From positions 96,001 to 160,000 of the forward strand of contig JBCCQQ010000004.1 of the NCBI GenBank assembly GCA_039024555.1: a stretch of DNA of 64,000 bases, read 5' to 3'. This DNA comes from Cyanobacteria bacterium P01_D01_bin.156. Its GTDB lineage: Bacteria > Cyanobacteriota > Cyanobacteriia > Phormidesmidales > Phormidesmidaceae. This document shows positions 1 through 10,003 of the stretch, in pieces. Made by a program: the position numbers and the translations under genes. Each line of letters starts with the position of its first letter. Within the stretch, counting starts at the first letter, position 1. The notes under the pieces were generated by a model. The model saw only the letters and a program-made list of their open reading frames with translations. It searched no databases and was not told the origin of the DNA.

Positions 1-44
1 CTGCCACACCACTGGAACACGAATCATTTTGGTATCATTCAATA

Positions 45-77
45 CAAATTCATTGATAGTTAGTATCAATGAATTTG
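45..77. repeat. Inverted repeat, 14-bp perfect stem with 5-nt loop, upstream of the GNAT gene
   Basis: CAAATTCATTGATA-gttag-TATCAATGAATTTG; could be an operator or hairpin. Confidence 0.6.
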
Positions 78-173
78 ATGGTTGTCCCTGGTTCATCTGT
101 GTATCGTGAGAGCAACCTGGGACCTCAGTAGGTATTGGCCCGGTGGCGCCATGTTCTCACATAGCTTTTTCCT

Positions 174-641
174 ATGGATTTTCGAACAGTTCAATTTCGC
201 TACATAGAAGCACTATCTACAAAAGATTTGATACAGCTTCGAAATCTATTTAACAATTCAGCTTTTTGGGCAACCGAACGCAGCCTTGAAGATTTAGCAA
301 AAGCCATTAGCCATAGCTGCCCTGTGGTTACTGCCTGGCAAGGAGATACCCTCATTGGGTTTGCACGGGCCACCTCTGACGGAGTTTATCGTGCCACCAT
401 TTGGGATGTCGTCATTCACGACAACTATCAGGGTGCAGGGCTAGGTCGCAAGTTAGTTGAAACAGTGCTTGGCCATCCCCACATGAGCAATGTTGAACGT
501 ACCTACCTGATGACAACAAATCAAAAGAGATTTTACGAGCGGGTTGGCTTTTCAGAAAATGAAACAACAACAATGGTGCTCATAAATCAACCTCTGGATG
601 AACTGCTACTGCATCAACCAGAAAGTGCCGTTCGACACTAG
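174..641 (+). CDS. GNAT family N-acetyltransferase (Ycf52-like)
   Basis: GFARATSDG..RATIWDVV..YQGAGLGRKL acetyl-CoA binding motif A; FYERVGF. Confidence 0.85.
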   Translation: MDFRTVQFRYIEALSTKDLIQLRNLFNNSAFWATERSLEDLAKAISHSCPVVTAWQGDTLIGFARATSDGVYRATIWDVVIHDNYQGAGLGRKLVETVLGHPHMSNVERTYLMTTNQKRFYERVGFSENETTTMVLINQPLDELLLHQPESAVRH

Positions 642-758
642 GGCTATGGGAATATATCAAAGAATAGTTCCAGAGCTAGCGCTGCGGCTCATCGGAATGA
701 TCTAGATGCCAAATCCATAACCTTGGCCAGTTTCATAGAGCATTTCATTCTCAAAATT

Positions 759-851
759 GGCGTTGCTGATCCCCGGGATGATTTTATCGGTCAAATGCCA
801 GACGACCTGTAAGCTCTACGGAGCGCTTCATCCTCTAAATCAGCAACAGCT
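759..851. repeat. Palindromic dispersed repeat (MITE-like), copy 1
   Basis: GGCGTTGCTGAT..GGATGA ... TCATCC..ATCAGCAACAGCT; same ends as 20061-20152 in opposite orientation. Confidence 0.7.
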
Positions 852-912
852 CCAAATCAGCCATGCCATGGCCAAGCGCTAAAGACCCTGGGATTGCAAG
901 GGCTTTAATGCT

Positions 913-1170
913 CTATTCAGCGTCGTTTTCCTCAGCTTCTACTTGCTCGCGGCTATCGCCCCAATAGGCACTGTAGGTCCACTCTTCTCTCATGCCTTTT
1001 TCAACCATCTTCCAACGATAGATAGCTTTTTCGGGGTTAACACCCACCTCAATTAATTTAGCCCCCATGTAATATTCTGTCTGCTTTTTGGTACGGGCTT
1101 TTAGAAACTCTGACTGACTTTTAGAGATCAGCTTGGTAATGTGTGCCTGAGTGGGTCTTTTTCTAGCCAT
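913..1170 (-). CDS. Conserved hypothetical protein
   Basis: 85-aa ATG ORF, co-oriented with ycf66 and psbX; protein-like composition. Confidence 0.65.
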   Translation of the reverse strand: MARKRPTQAHITKLISKSQSEFLKARTKKQTEYYMGAKLIEVGVNPEKAIYRWKMVEKGMREEWTYSAYWGDSREQVEAEENDAE

Positions 1171-1238
1171 CGGATAAAAATACAGTTTGAAGTCTTTTGG
1201 AAACGCTCAGTAACTAAGCTATCGGATCATCACCTTAA

Positions 1239-2114
1239 TCAGTAGTTAACTGGAGGCTGAGGTGGGGGGGCATCTGGGTAAGAATCGGAGTCAGAACTAG
1301 GCGGCGGCGTAGGTCGAAAATCAGTATAGCTGCCCTCGTTAGGCCCTTCTGGTCGAGGCTTCACATTTAAAGGGGGACGTTGCTCGCTGCGAGGCGCTGA
1401 CTGCTGAGGGGCTCCTCCCACCGAATTATTGGCAACCATGCTGCCGCCGCTGGGAACAGGTGGGAAATCAGATGGGCGTTGAGGCGGTTGTTGCGGACGG
1501 CTGTTGCGGGCAGCACCACCATCATAACGACGTTGAGGCTCACCCCCTGAATAACTGCCGGGTCCAGCGGGACCACTGTAACTACCGCCACCGCCGCCAT
1601 CACGGCGGCCAGGAGGTTGCTGCCCTGGTTGCAGGCGAGCTGGTGGACGGCGATCTTCGTAGGGAGGACGCTGAGGCTCTAGTGGCCGAGCCTGGTACTG
1701 ATCGCCATAGCCATCCCGATAGCGATCGCTGGGGATGCGAGGTTGTCTTGGACCAGGAGAGTCCCAGTCATCCAATTCAGCACGATAAACCCGGCGGGGC
1801 GGCCTGTCGTCGTAGCGTCTTGGTGGTGCAACATCCCGCTCAGCCGGTCGAGCCCGACTAGAGTCTCGCTTGCTGATATCGTTAATGATGAGTGTGGTCA
1901 ACATACCCACTAACATCACCTGCTGAAAAGAAGCCAACAATTCCATATTCAGGTGAGCCAGCAAGAATATGCCCGACAGCAAAAGCAAAATGGAGTACAC
2001 CTTATCAGAGCTGCGTTCATAGCCCGGTTTGAGCTTATCTAAAAAGAACAGCCCAACTGCACCAAGAATTAGTATCAATCCAACCAGCAGAGGGACAGGG
2101 GTACCAAAATTCAC
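1239..2114 (-). CDS. ycf66: Ycf66 family protein with long Pro/Arg-rich disordered C-terminus
   Basis: VNFG N-terminus, three hydrophobic segments, KPGYERSSD loop; lies downstream of psbX; GTG start at 2114 follows a GAGG RBS (ORF track start 2165 is probably too long). Confidence 0.8.
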   Translation of the reverse strand: MNFGTPVPLLVGLILILGAVGLFFLDKLKPGYERSSDKVYSILLLLSGIFLLAHLNMELLASFQQVMLVGMLTTLIINDISKRDSSRARPAERDVAPPRRYDDRPPRRVYRAELDDWDSPGPRQPRIPSDRYRDGYGDQYQARPLEPQRPPYEDRRPPARLQPGQQPPGRRDGGGGGSYSGPAGPGSYSGGEPQRRYDGGAARNSRPQQPPQRPSDFPPVPSGGSMVANNSVGGAPQQSAPRSEQRPPLNVKPRPEGPNEGSYTDFRPTPPPSSDSDSYPDAPPPQPPVNY

Positions 2115-2256
2115 AATTGCTTCCTCGTACGATAGGGGCTCTTTAGGTAGGCAATTTGCCCACAATAGCTACCCATAGCCACCAATTCTATCCTAGCGGG
2201 CAGCTTTGGATTTGTCCTATTTCAGGATTGACCATTTCAGATAGAACTTAACCAGT

Positions 2257-2287
2257 AAAAAGGAGTACGGCTGTGCAGCCGTACTCC
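2257..2287 (-). terminator. Rho-independent terminator downstream of psbX
   Basis: GGAGTACGGCTG/CAGCCGTACTCC stem with A-run on the plus strand (U-tail on minus). Confidence 0.75.
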
Positions 2288-2400
2288 CAAATAATTCCTA
2301 TATGTACATAGAACTCTCACCAAAAATTGATCAAGGCTGCATCCAGCTGGAAACCATTAGAGGTCATGACAATTCAAATGAAAGCATTCAGCAATAGAGG

Positions 2401-2517
2401 CTAGCGACGAATCTTGTCTCGCTGACTAATAAAAACCAGAGCAACAGTGACAGGGACCACCACAATGACGGCACCTGCTACAAGGCTTAAAAGAAAATTA
2501 GTTAATGATGGTGTCAT
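2401..2517 (-). CDS. psbX: Photosystem II reaction centre protein PsbX (not in ORF track)
   Basis: Hand translation [45 protein letters not shown] and SQ-DK motifs; located between ycf66 and yggT. Confidence 0.95.
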   Translation of the reverse strand: MTPSLTNFLLSLVAGAVIVVVPVTVALVFISQRDKIRR

Positions 2518-2748
2518 GGCCTCTACTCTTCAAATCAGAAAACTTTTGTAATGCCTGATTAATATAGTATCGAGCAACGTTAACCTTGAGAAGCCTTTTA
2601 CCCTAAGCAAGTTATGAATTAAGAGCTTTGGGAACCGTGAAAAGGCTATTGATACGAAGAGTTTCTAAGATTTTAGAAAAGGTATCGTCACAGTCATCGC
2701 CCTAGGATTTACAATCCTTAATATGGATTAGTTATCTAGTGAGGTGAC

Positions 2749-3036
2749 ATGGCTATATCAGGGATCACAATTGGCAATTGGGTTGTGGGGCCACTGCTAG
2801 CGGTTATGACTCTGCTATTCATATTTCGCATCGTATTGACTTGGTATCCCGAAGCAGAATCCGCAAAGTTTCCGTTCAATCTGATTTATTGGCCGACAGA
2901 ACCCTTTTTAATTCCTGTACGAAAAGTGATTCCCCCCTTTGGTGGTGTAGATATTTCCCCGATTATTTGGGTCGCTTTTATTAGCCTGTTACGGGAAATC
3001 TTAGTGGGGCAGCAAGGATTACTAAAGATGTTCTAG
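2749..3036 (+). CDS. YggT family membrane protein (Ycf19-like)
   Basis: RIVLTWYP..TEPFL.P.RK.IPP.GGVDISP motif. Confidence 0.9.
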   Translation: MAISGITIGNWVVGPLLAVMTLLFIFRIVLTWYPEAESAKFPFNLIYWPTEPFLIPVRKVIPPFGGVDISPIIWVAFISLLREILVGQQGLLKMF

Positions 3037-3103
3037 TGGCACCAACTAGGACAAATGTATGCAAAATAGAGAAGCATCATTAGAGGACTTGGAGAACTCG
3101 TTC

Positions 3104-5005
3104 GTGCCTTCTGCTGCTGCTGCAACTACGCTGCTTAAAGATCCTGAACGTTTAGAAACCCGGCTTAAAGAAATTCCCCAGGAACCTGGTGTTTACTTTA
3201 TGCGGGATGGGGATGAACAGATCCTATATATAGGAAAATCCAAAAGCCTGCGCAATCGGATACGTTCCTACTTTCGGGATAAATACCACCATACGCCTCG
3301 AATTTCGGTAATGGTCACCCAGGTGGTAGACATCGAGTTTATCGTTACCGATACCGAGGCAGAGGCTCTGGCCCTAGAGGCAAATCTCATCAAGCAGCAC
3401 CAGCCTTACTTTAATGTGCTGCTCAAGGACGATAAGAAGTATCCATATCTTTGCATTACTTGGTCAGAGGATTACCCACGGATCTTTATCACCCGTAAAC
3501 GACGCAAGAGCACAAAAAAGGATCGTTACTATGGCCCTTATGTAGATACGGGTCTTTTAAGACGCACTTTGCATATTTCAAAAAAAATCTTCCCCCTGCG
3601 CCAGCGAAGACAACCCCTATTTAAAGACCGCCCCTGTCTTAATTACGATATTGGTCAATGTCCTGGGGTATGTCAGCAGCTAATCACCCCCGAGGACTAT
3701 CACAAAATAGTGCAAAAAGTGGCCATGGTATTCCAGGGTAGGGTGCAAGAATTGGAATCAATTTTGGCAGTCCAAATGGAGAAGGCGGCTGAAAAACTCA
3801 ACTTTGAACATGCCGCTAGGCTACGGGATCAAATTCGCGGATTACAGACCCTGAGTGCTCATCAAAAGGTAGCCCTGCCCGACGATACGATTTCACGAGA
3901 TGCGATCGCCCTATCGGGAGACGATCAACATACTTGTATCCAACTGTTTCAAATTCGAGCAGGGCGTTTGGTAGGGCGTTTGGGCTTTGTGGCAGAAACC
4001 GAATCTGGAACACCGGGGCAAATTTTACAACGGGTGCTAGAGGAACACTATCCGACAGTAGATGCGGTAGAGATTCCTAGCGAGATTATGGTGCAGCATC
4101 CGCTCCCCGACGCGGATATCCTGGCAGAGTTTTTGTCCCAGCAAAAGGGTCGCAAGGTAACCATTGAGGTCCCCCAACGGCAAACCAAGGCAGAGCTGGT
4201 GGACATGGTAGAACGCAATGCTCAATATGAGCTAGCTCGCACCCAGCGATTTGCCGATCGCAATAACCAGGCAATGCAGGATCTAGCAGAAATTGTTGAC
4301 CTACCTGGTTTACCCAAACGTATCGAAGGGTATGACATTTCCCATATTCAGGGTTCTGACGCAGTGGCCTCGCAGGTCGTGTTTGTGGATGGTTTACCTG
4401 CAAAACAACACTACCGCCATTACAAAATTAAAAATCCCAAGATAACCAGCGGCCACTCCGATGACTTTGCCAGCATGGCAGAGGTAATTCGTAGACGTTT
4501 CCGTAAGTATGCAGAAGATCCGTCTAAAGAACGTATTGGTAGTTCAGACTGGCCCGACTTAGTCATGATCGATGGTGGTAAGGGCCAGCTATCTGCGGTT
4601 GTCGAAGTGCTTAAGGAGCTCAATTTACTCAGCGAACTCAATGTGGTGAGTTTAGCCAAAAAGAGAGAAGAGATCTTTTTGCCGGGAGAATCCACGCCAT
4701 TGCCGACAGAAGCGGAACAGCCCGGAGTGCAACTGTTGAGGCGGTTACGCGATGAAGCCCACCGATTTGCAGTTAGTTTTCATCGCAAGAAGCGTACGGC
4801 TCGTATGCGGAGATCGCGACTTAGCGAAATTCCTGGTCTAGGCCACCATCGCCAAAAGGTTCTTTTAGCTGAGTTTCGTTCCATTGACTATATCCGTGAG
4901 GCTAGCGTTGAGCGCCTCACAGCCGTCTCGGGGGTGGGGCCTAAGCTAGCCCAGCAGATCTATGACTACTTTCATCCAGAATTGTCGGGAGAATCTAGCC
5001 ATTAA
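3104..5005 (+). CDS. uvrC: Excinuclease ABC subunit C
   Basis: GIY-YIG ([17 protein letters not shown]), UVR domain, RNase H-like (YDISH, DGGKGQ), HhH C-terminus; likely GTG start at 3104 after GGAG. Confidence 0.97.
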   Translation: MPSAAAATTLLKDPERLETRLKEIPQEPGVYFMRDGDEQILYIGKSKSLRNRIRSYFRDKYHHTPRISVMVTQVVDIEFIVTDTEAEALALEANLIKQHQPYFNVLLKDDKKYPYLCITWSEDYPRIFITRKRRKSTKKDRYYGPYVDTGLLRRTLHISKKIFPLRQRRQPLFKDRPCLNYDIGQCPGVCQQLITPEDYHKIVQKVAMVFQGRVQELESILAVQMEKAAEKLNFEHAARLRDQIRGLQTLSAHQKVALPDDTISRDAIALSGDDQHTCIQLFQIRAGRLVGRLGFVAETESGTPGQILQRVLEEHYPTVDAVEIPSEIMVQHPLPDADILAEFLSQQKGRKVTIEVPQRQTKAELVDMVERNAQYELARTQRFADRNNQAMQDLAEIVDLPGLPKRIEGYDISHIQGSDAVASQVVFVDGLPAKQHYRHYKIKNPKITSGHSDDFASMAEVIRRRFRKYAEDPSKERIGSSDWPDLVMIDGGKGQLSAVVEVLKELNLLSELNVVSLAKKREEIFLPGESTPLPTEAEQPGVQLLRRLRDEAHRFAVSFHRKKRTARMRRSRLSEIPGLGHHRQKVLLAEFRSIDYIREASVERLTAVSGVGPKLAQQIYDYFHPELSGESSH

Positions 5006-5026
5006 GCAAGGAACCTAATCAGAATA

Positions 5027-5182
5027 GTGGCGGAAAATTGGCTATTTGATCAGGCACACAATGTTGCTGCCATTACACTTTGACAAGTGTTGGAAGAAAA
5101 TCAACCGATTTTGAGGGGGATGCACTACTCACGTGCCGACTATTGGGCGTTTACCTGCAGCACAATTGACGGCTTTTCTTAG
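5027..5182 (+). pseudogene. Remnant of a small protein gene with in-frame stop (DUF2185-like by recollection)
   Basis: Frame reads VAENWLFDQAHNVAAITL*QVLEENQPILRGMHYSRADYWAFTCST; TGA at 5081-5083; truncated at the convergent arfB end. Confidence 0.55.
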
Positions 5183-5598
5183 TCTGTATATTTGACTCGT
5201 CCTCGCAGAGCTTTTTGCTGACTGCGCTTAGACTTCTTATCTAGTCTTTTCTGAGTAGATGCCTTGCTGGGCTTAGTGGGTTTGCGCTTTTTCTTTACCA
5301 CCACGGCAGCACGAATCAGCTGCTGTAGCCGTTCGAGGGCATCCGTTTTATTGCGTAACTGAGTGCGATAGCTCTGGGACTTGAGGTTAACTACCCCGTC
5401 CTTAGAAATACGACTATCGTTTAGGGCAAGCAGTCGAGTTTTGTAATGCTCTGGTAAAGACGATGCGGGGATATCAAAGCGGAGATGAATCGCGGTGGCG
5501 ACCTTGTTCACATTTTGACCGCCTGCACCTTGCGATCGCACCGCTTGTAATTCAATCTCACTATCTGGAATCGACACCTGGTTAGAAATTCTAAGCAT
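5179..5598 (-). CDS. arfB: Alternative ribosome rescue peptidyl-tRNA hydrolase ArfB
   Basis: RSQGAGGQNVNKV GGQ motif; basic C-tail RKPTKPSK..KRL..K; start probably MLRIS at 5598. Confidence 0.93.
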   Translation of the reverse strand: MLRISNQVSIPDSEIELQAVRSQGAGGQNVNKVATAIHLRFDIPASSLPEHYKTRLLALNDSRISKDGVVNLKSQSYRTQLRNKTDALERLQQLIRAAVVVKKKRKPTKPSKASTQKRLDKKSKRSQQKALRGRVKYTD

Positions 5599-5669
5599 CC
5601 CCTGTTCCCCATTCACCTTACCGTCAGCATAACCAACTACACTAAGCCTGTGCCTGCTGTAATTCCCCC

Positions 5670-6470
5670 ATGTCCCTATTCGGTTACCTTCAGCGTCCCC
5701 TACGCATACTCCAGACGCTACTATCGGTTTACTATGCCTACATGCTGGAATATCGTGCCGAGCTCATGTTTTGGGTATTGTCAGGTTCGTTTCCATTAAT
5801 CCTCATGGGTCTGTGGCAAGAAGCCGCCAGCAGTGGCCAATTTGACCTCAATCCTGATACGGTGGTGCGCTACTTTCTAGCTGTTTTTGTAGTTCGTCAG
5901 CTGACCGTAGTGTGGGTTATTTGGGACTTTGAACGAGAAGTCCTGGAGGGTAAGCTATCTCCCCTCCTATTGCAGCCTTTGGATCCAGGTTGGCGGCATT
6001 TTTCATCGCATTTAGCAGAACGTCTGGCTAGGTTGCCCTTTATCGCAGCATTAGTCGGTTTATTTCTGTGGCTGTATCCTGTAGCTCGTCAACAACCAGA
6101 GCATCTTTTTTGGGGTCTGCTGGCCACTAGCTTAGCCTTTTGTCTGCGCTTTTTGATGCAGTATACCTATGCCATGGTGGCCTTTTGGGTAGAACGAGCA
6201 ACAGCCATCGAGCAATTCTCATTTTTGCTCTACACCTTTTTCTCAGGCATGGTAGCTCCATTAACCCTATTTCCAGAGGCTATCCACACAGCGGTTCTGT
6301 GGACGCCATTTCCCTATCTAATTTATGTGCCAGCAGGCCTACTGGTTGGCTTACCTGTAAATATTTCAAAAAGTATTGTTATTACCCTGGCATGGTGTTT
6401 GCTGTTTTGGCTGCTAAACCGTTTGCTCTGGTGGCTTGGGCTCAAACGTTATAGCGGCATGGGGGCATAG
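5670..6470 (+). CDS. ABC-2 type transporter permease
   Basis: YRAEL, G.LS..LLQP, PL.LFP, PFPY motifs; C-terminal YSGMGA; multiple TM segments. Confidence 0.85.
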   Translation: MSLFGYLQRPLRILQTLLSVYYAYMLEYRAELMFWVLSGSFPLILMGLWQEAASSGQFDLNPDTVVRYFLAVFVVRQLTVVWVIWDFEREVLEGKLSPLLLQPLDPGWRHFSSHLAERLARLPFIAALVGLFLWLYPVARQQPEHLFWGLLATSLAFCLRFLMQYTYAMVAFWVERATAIEQFSFLLYTFFSGMVAPLTLFPEAIHTAVLWTPFPYLIYVPAGLLVGLPVNISKSIVITLAWCLLFWLLNRLLWWLGLKRYSGMGA

Positions 6471-6922
6471 AGCTACAGTTTCTATGCATATTGGACGGTT
6501 AAGTATATGTAGGAAATATAAACTCCAGAGATATTTTCACGAAGAGACTATGTTGTTTGTTTGTAGTCATTTTAAATCTCAGGAAATTCTCTTCATGATC
6601 CCTCTATTTTCTCGATTGAGTTGATTTTTTTCGCGAAACAAACGTGGTTTTCACCTATCTCTTAACTAACACTTTACGGACTACTCTTTAGGTACAGACT
6701 AAAGTGGTATTGAACGATTTTTCCTGGGAAAAGTTGCTCGGTTAGATGGCTGATGTTTAAAGGAAGTAGCTTTTACAAGCTGGTAAACAAGCTTAGTGAA
6801 TCTCACCAAAGTGTTTGTTTTGCTAGGTTTCAAATCGCTTTTATTCTCTCTAACTAAACTTAGGTATATACCTAATCAATTCAGCCCTCAGTATTAAACA
6901 AGTTTCCTGAATTGTTTTTATT

Positions 6923-7642
6923 ATGACTACTATCCAACTTGACGCGCCCTCCTTATCCACTGGAGTTCTTGATTCTGTCACTACACTTTCTGGGCTTTCA
7001 GCTGTTCCAAATCACCATGAGAAACTCGATGCTGAACAGCTTAATCAGTTGGACTTAGCAGACTTAATAAGTGTATGTCAACAACATCGTTATCCTGAAC
7101 AAGCTCCTTTTGCTGAGCTGATGCGCCGCTATCGCTCCCATGTGGATCGTCAGCTCTATCATCTGGCACCCGATTGGTCCGATCGAGCCGACTTAGCTCA
7201 AGAGGTTTGGATTCGCGTTTATCGCAACCTAAACCGATTACAGTCCCCTGTAAAATTTAAGGGCTGGATGAGTCGTATTACCACTAACTTGTTCTACGAT
7301 GAGCTACGCAAGCGTAAGCGTCATGCAGGCACGCTGTCCTTAGATGCTCCTCGTCATTTAGATGATGGCCAGGTTGATTGGGAAATCGCCTCAGAAGATC
7401 CTAGCCCTGTAGATACCATGATGACCCACGAGTTTTACGAGCGGTTGCAAGCGGCTATTGCAGAACTGCCCGAAGTCTTTCGGACTACGATCGTGCTAAG
7501 AGAGATTCAAGGTCTTCCCTACGAAGAGATTGCTGAGATTACTGGGGTTTCCCTAGGTACAGTCAAGTCTCGCATTGCTAGAGCTCGCTACCGTCTTCAG
7601 GGCGAACTTAAGCGTTACATTGATGGTCAAAAGTCTGCTTAA
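6923..7642 (+). CDS. ECF sigma-70 factor, SigG/RpoE-like
   Basis: DLAQEVWIRVYR, FKGWMSRITTNLFYDELRKRKR (region 2); LREIQGLPYEEIAEITGVSLGTVKSRIARAR (region 4). Confidence 0.92.
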   Translation: MTTIQLDAPSLSTGVLDSVTTLSGLSAVPNHHEKLDAEQLNQLDLADLISVCQQHRYPEQAPFAELMRRYRSHVDRQLYHLAPDWSDRADLAQEVWIRVYRNLNRLQSPVKFKGWMSRITTNLFYDELRKRKRHAGTLSLDAPRHLDDGQVDWEIASEDPSPVDTMMTHEFYERLQAAIAELPEVFRTTIVLREIQGLPYEEIAEITGVSLGTVKSRIARARYRLQGELKRYIDGQKSA

Positions 7643-7741
7643 TTATTTGAATTTTAGCCATTGTTGAATTTGAGGAAACTTGGATCTTACAAGGGCTTTA
7701 TATATTTGATTAGTTCACCATAAATCGTGATTTTCATCACT

Positions 7742-7775
7742 GCCTCCAGAGCTGTTAGAGCCTTTGGAGGCTTTT
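7742..7775 (+). terminator. Probable terminator after the sigma factor gene
   Basis: GCCTCCAGAG...CTTTGGAGGC followed by TTTT. Confidence 0.6.
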
Positions 7776-7809
7776 CATGTGGGGTTCCGTAATCTGCCAA
7801 TTTGTACAA

Positions 7810-7872
7810 GCCGAACTAGCTGAAGTTTTTCAAACCAGTATCATCTTGAGAGAAATTCAAGACCTCTCTTAG
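7810..7872 (+). pseudogene. Decayed fragment of a paralogous ECF sigma factor (region 4)
   Basis: Reads AELAEVFQTSIILREIQDLS* against AELPEVFRTTIVLREIQGLPY at 7460-7522 (14/20 aa identical). Confidence 0.8.
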
Positions 7873-7913
7873 TCATCTTGCTATGATGAGCCTAAGCATA
7901 AGGGAGCAGTGGG

Positions 7914-8699
7914 TTGTTGCAACGATATTTCAAAGTACTGAAACTATTCTGGGAAGTTGCGATCGCAGCCGAGCTAGAATACCGTCTAAATTTTGTTATT
8001 GCTGCCCTGAGCAGTCTAACGGCTTTGGGTGGCAATTTGTTTGGACTATTTTTGTTTTATCGCACAGGCTATGAGTTTCAAGGGTGGCAATGGCAAGAAG
8101 CTCTAGTAGTCTTAGGAGTCTTTACCTTACTACAAGGGTTCGCTGCCACCTTTCTAAGCCCAAATCTCAATCGCATTGTCAAACATGTTCAAGAAGGCAC
8201 CTTGGATTTTGTTTTACTAAAACCCATTAGTTCTCAGTTTTGGCTATCCACACGAACAATTTCTCCCTGGGGATTTCCAGATCTAGTCCTAGGTATGGCC
8301 ATGATCATCTATGCTGGCGCGCAACTGGGATTGGGATTAAGCAATTATGTAGCAGCTGTAGTCCCCTTAAGTTTAGGTTTTATGAGCTTATATAGCCTAT
8401 GGTTTATGCTGGGTGCTACCAGTATCTGGTTTGTCAAAATTTATAATGTAACTGAGGTGTTGCGCAATTTTTTAGAAGCCGGACGCTTTCCCATCGTGGC
8501 CTATCCAGCCGCCTTTCGCATCTTTTTCACCTTTGTTATTCCAGTAGCATTTTTGACCACCGTACCGGCCCAGGTATTTCTCAATCGAATTGAAGTTACC
8601 TGGCTGGCTGGATCGGCATTGCTAGCAGCTGGTTTATTCTGGTTTTCTCAGTTATTTTGGCGATTTGCTCTACGGTTTTACACCAGTGCATCGAGTTAG
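7914..8699 (+). CDS. ABC-2 type transporter permease (partner subunit)
   Basis: EYRLNF, G.LDF.LLKP, GRFP, TFVIP.AF motifs; C-terminal YTSASS. Confidence 0.85.
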   Translation: MLQRYFKVLKLFWEVAIAAELEYRLNFVIAALSSLTALGGNLFGLFLFYRTGYEFQGWQWQEALVVLGVFTLLQGFAATFLSPNLNRIVKHVQEGTLDFVLLKPISSQFWLSTRTISPWGFPDLVLGMAMIIYAGAQLGLGLSNYVAAVVPLSLGFMSLYSLWFMLGATSIWFVKIYNVTEVLRNFLEAGRFPIVAYPAAFRIFFTFVIPVAFLTTVPAQVFLNRIEVTWLAGSALLAAGLFWFSQLFWRFALRFYTSASS

Positions 8700-8746
8700 C
8701 CACCACGGGGTATGCTGAGAGAATTCACACCAGCCCCACATTTTCC

Positions 8747-10003
8747 ATGAACCTCTCTCGCTGCTTAAGTGTATTGATTGCGCTGTTGTTAACCTCTTGT
8801 AATACAGATTCTAGTAGCGATCAAAAAGAAAAGAGACTTGTCATCTTAGGGTCATTAACAGGTGTGGGACAAGAGATTGTAGAGGAAGCGTTTGCCCCCT
8901 TTACCGCTGAAACAGGCATTGAAGTTGTTTACGAAGGTACTGATGCCTTTACCACGGTGTTGCCTATCCGCGTAGAGGGGGGTAATGTGCCGGATTTAGC
9001 CATTTTTCCACAGCCGGGGCTGATGAGAGATCTGGCGAGAGAAGGGGCTCTCACTCCTTTAAATAATGTGGTGGATACAGCCGCCTTAAACAACGCTTTT
9101 AGTCCTGACTGGGTAGACTTGGGTTCAGTGAATGGTCAGATCTATGGCATCTGGATGCGGTCCGACCCCAAAAGTTTAGTCTGGTATAACCCAGAAGCAT
9201 TTGCAGCGGCAGGGTATAACATTCCTGCAAGCTGGGCTGAACTAATGGCCCTAACTGAAACAATTGCCGCGACAGGAACTCCCCCTTGGTGCTTGGGCAT
9301 GGAAAGTGGGGAAGCCACCGGCTGGGTAGGAACAGATTGGGTGGAAGATATTTTGTTGCGTACCGCTGGACCTGAGGTTTACGACCAGTGGGTGGCCCAC
9401 GAAATCCCCTTTAATTCTGCACCCGTTAAAGAAGCCGTAACAACATTTGGCCAAATTGTTCGTAATGAGCGCTATGTGCTAGGGGGCACCATCGGAGCCA
9501 TCAGCACCCCCTTTGGAGATGCACCTGCTCCTTTATTTGATCAGCCGCCAGGATGTTACCTACACCGACAAGCTAGCTTCATCACAGATTTTTTACCAGA
9601 AGAGGTCCAACCGGGTGTGGATACACAAGTGTTTCTACTACCGGGAGACAACGCCTCAGCGCCTCTACTCACCGGAGGATTAGTGATAGCCATGACCAGC
9701 AACACTTCTGCAGCCCAGGCTGCCATGAACTATCTAACCACCGTTACGCCCCATGAAAGCTGGGCCGCTCGCGGCTACATTAGCCCACACACTCAAGTCG
9801 ACCTGGCCATTTACCCCAACGATGGAATCAGGCAAATGGCAGAGGTATTAGCTCAAGCAGACACGATTCGGTTTGATGGCTCTGACTTGATGCCAGCAGC
9901 CGTCGGCACTGGCACATTTTGGACTGAGATGGTGAACTACGTCAGTGGCACGGACATCGAAACAGTTTTATCAGCCATTGATGATAGTTGGCCTGAAGAG
10001 TAA
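8747..10003 (+). CDS. Sugar ABC transporter substrate-binding lipoprotein (AglE/GgtB-like, alpha-glucoside or glucosylglycerol type)
   Basis: Lipobox LLTSC; PQPG, KSLVWY, PWCLG.ESG.ATGW..TDWVED, RQASFI, RFDGSDLMP motifs; ATG at 8747. Confidence 0.85.
   Translation: MNLSRCLSVLIALLLTSCNTDSSSDQKEKRLVILGSLTGVGQEIVEEAFAPFTAETGIEVVYEGTDAFTTVLPIRVEGGNVPDLAIFPQPGLMRDLAREGALTPLNNVVDTAALNNAFSPDWVDLGSVNGQIYGIWMRSDPKSLVWYNPEAFAAAGYNIPASWAELMALTETIAATGTPPWCLGMESGEATGWVGTDWVEDILLRTAGPEVYDQWVAHEIPFNSAPVKEAVTTFGQIVRNERYVLGGTIGAISTPFGDAPAPLFDQPPGCYLHRQASFITDFLPEEVQPGVDTQVFLLPGDNASAPLLTGGLVIAMTSNTSAAQAAMNYLTTVTPHESWAARGYISPHTQVDLAIYPNDGIRQMAEVLAQADTIRFDGSDLMPAAVGTGTFWTEMVNYVSGTDIETVLSAIDDSWPEE

Noticed and set aside
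1367..1861. Alternative-frame ORFs inside ycf66
   Set aside because: By-products of the GC-rich Pro/Arg/Gly low-complexity tail.
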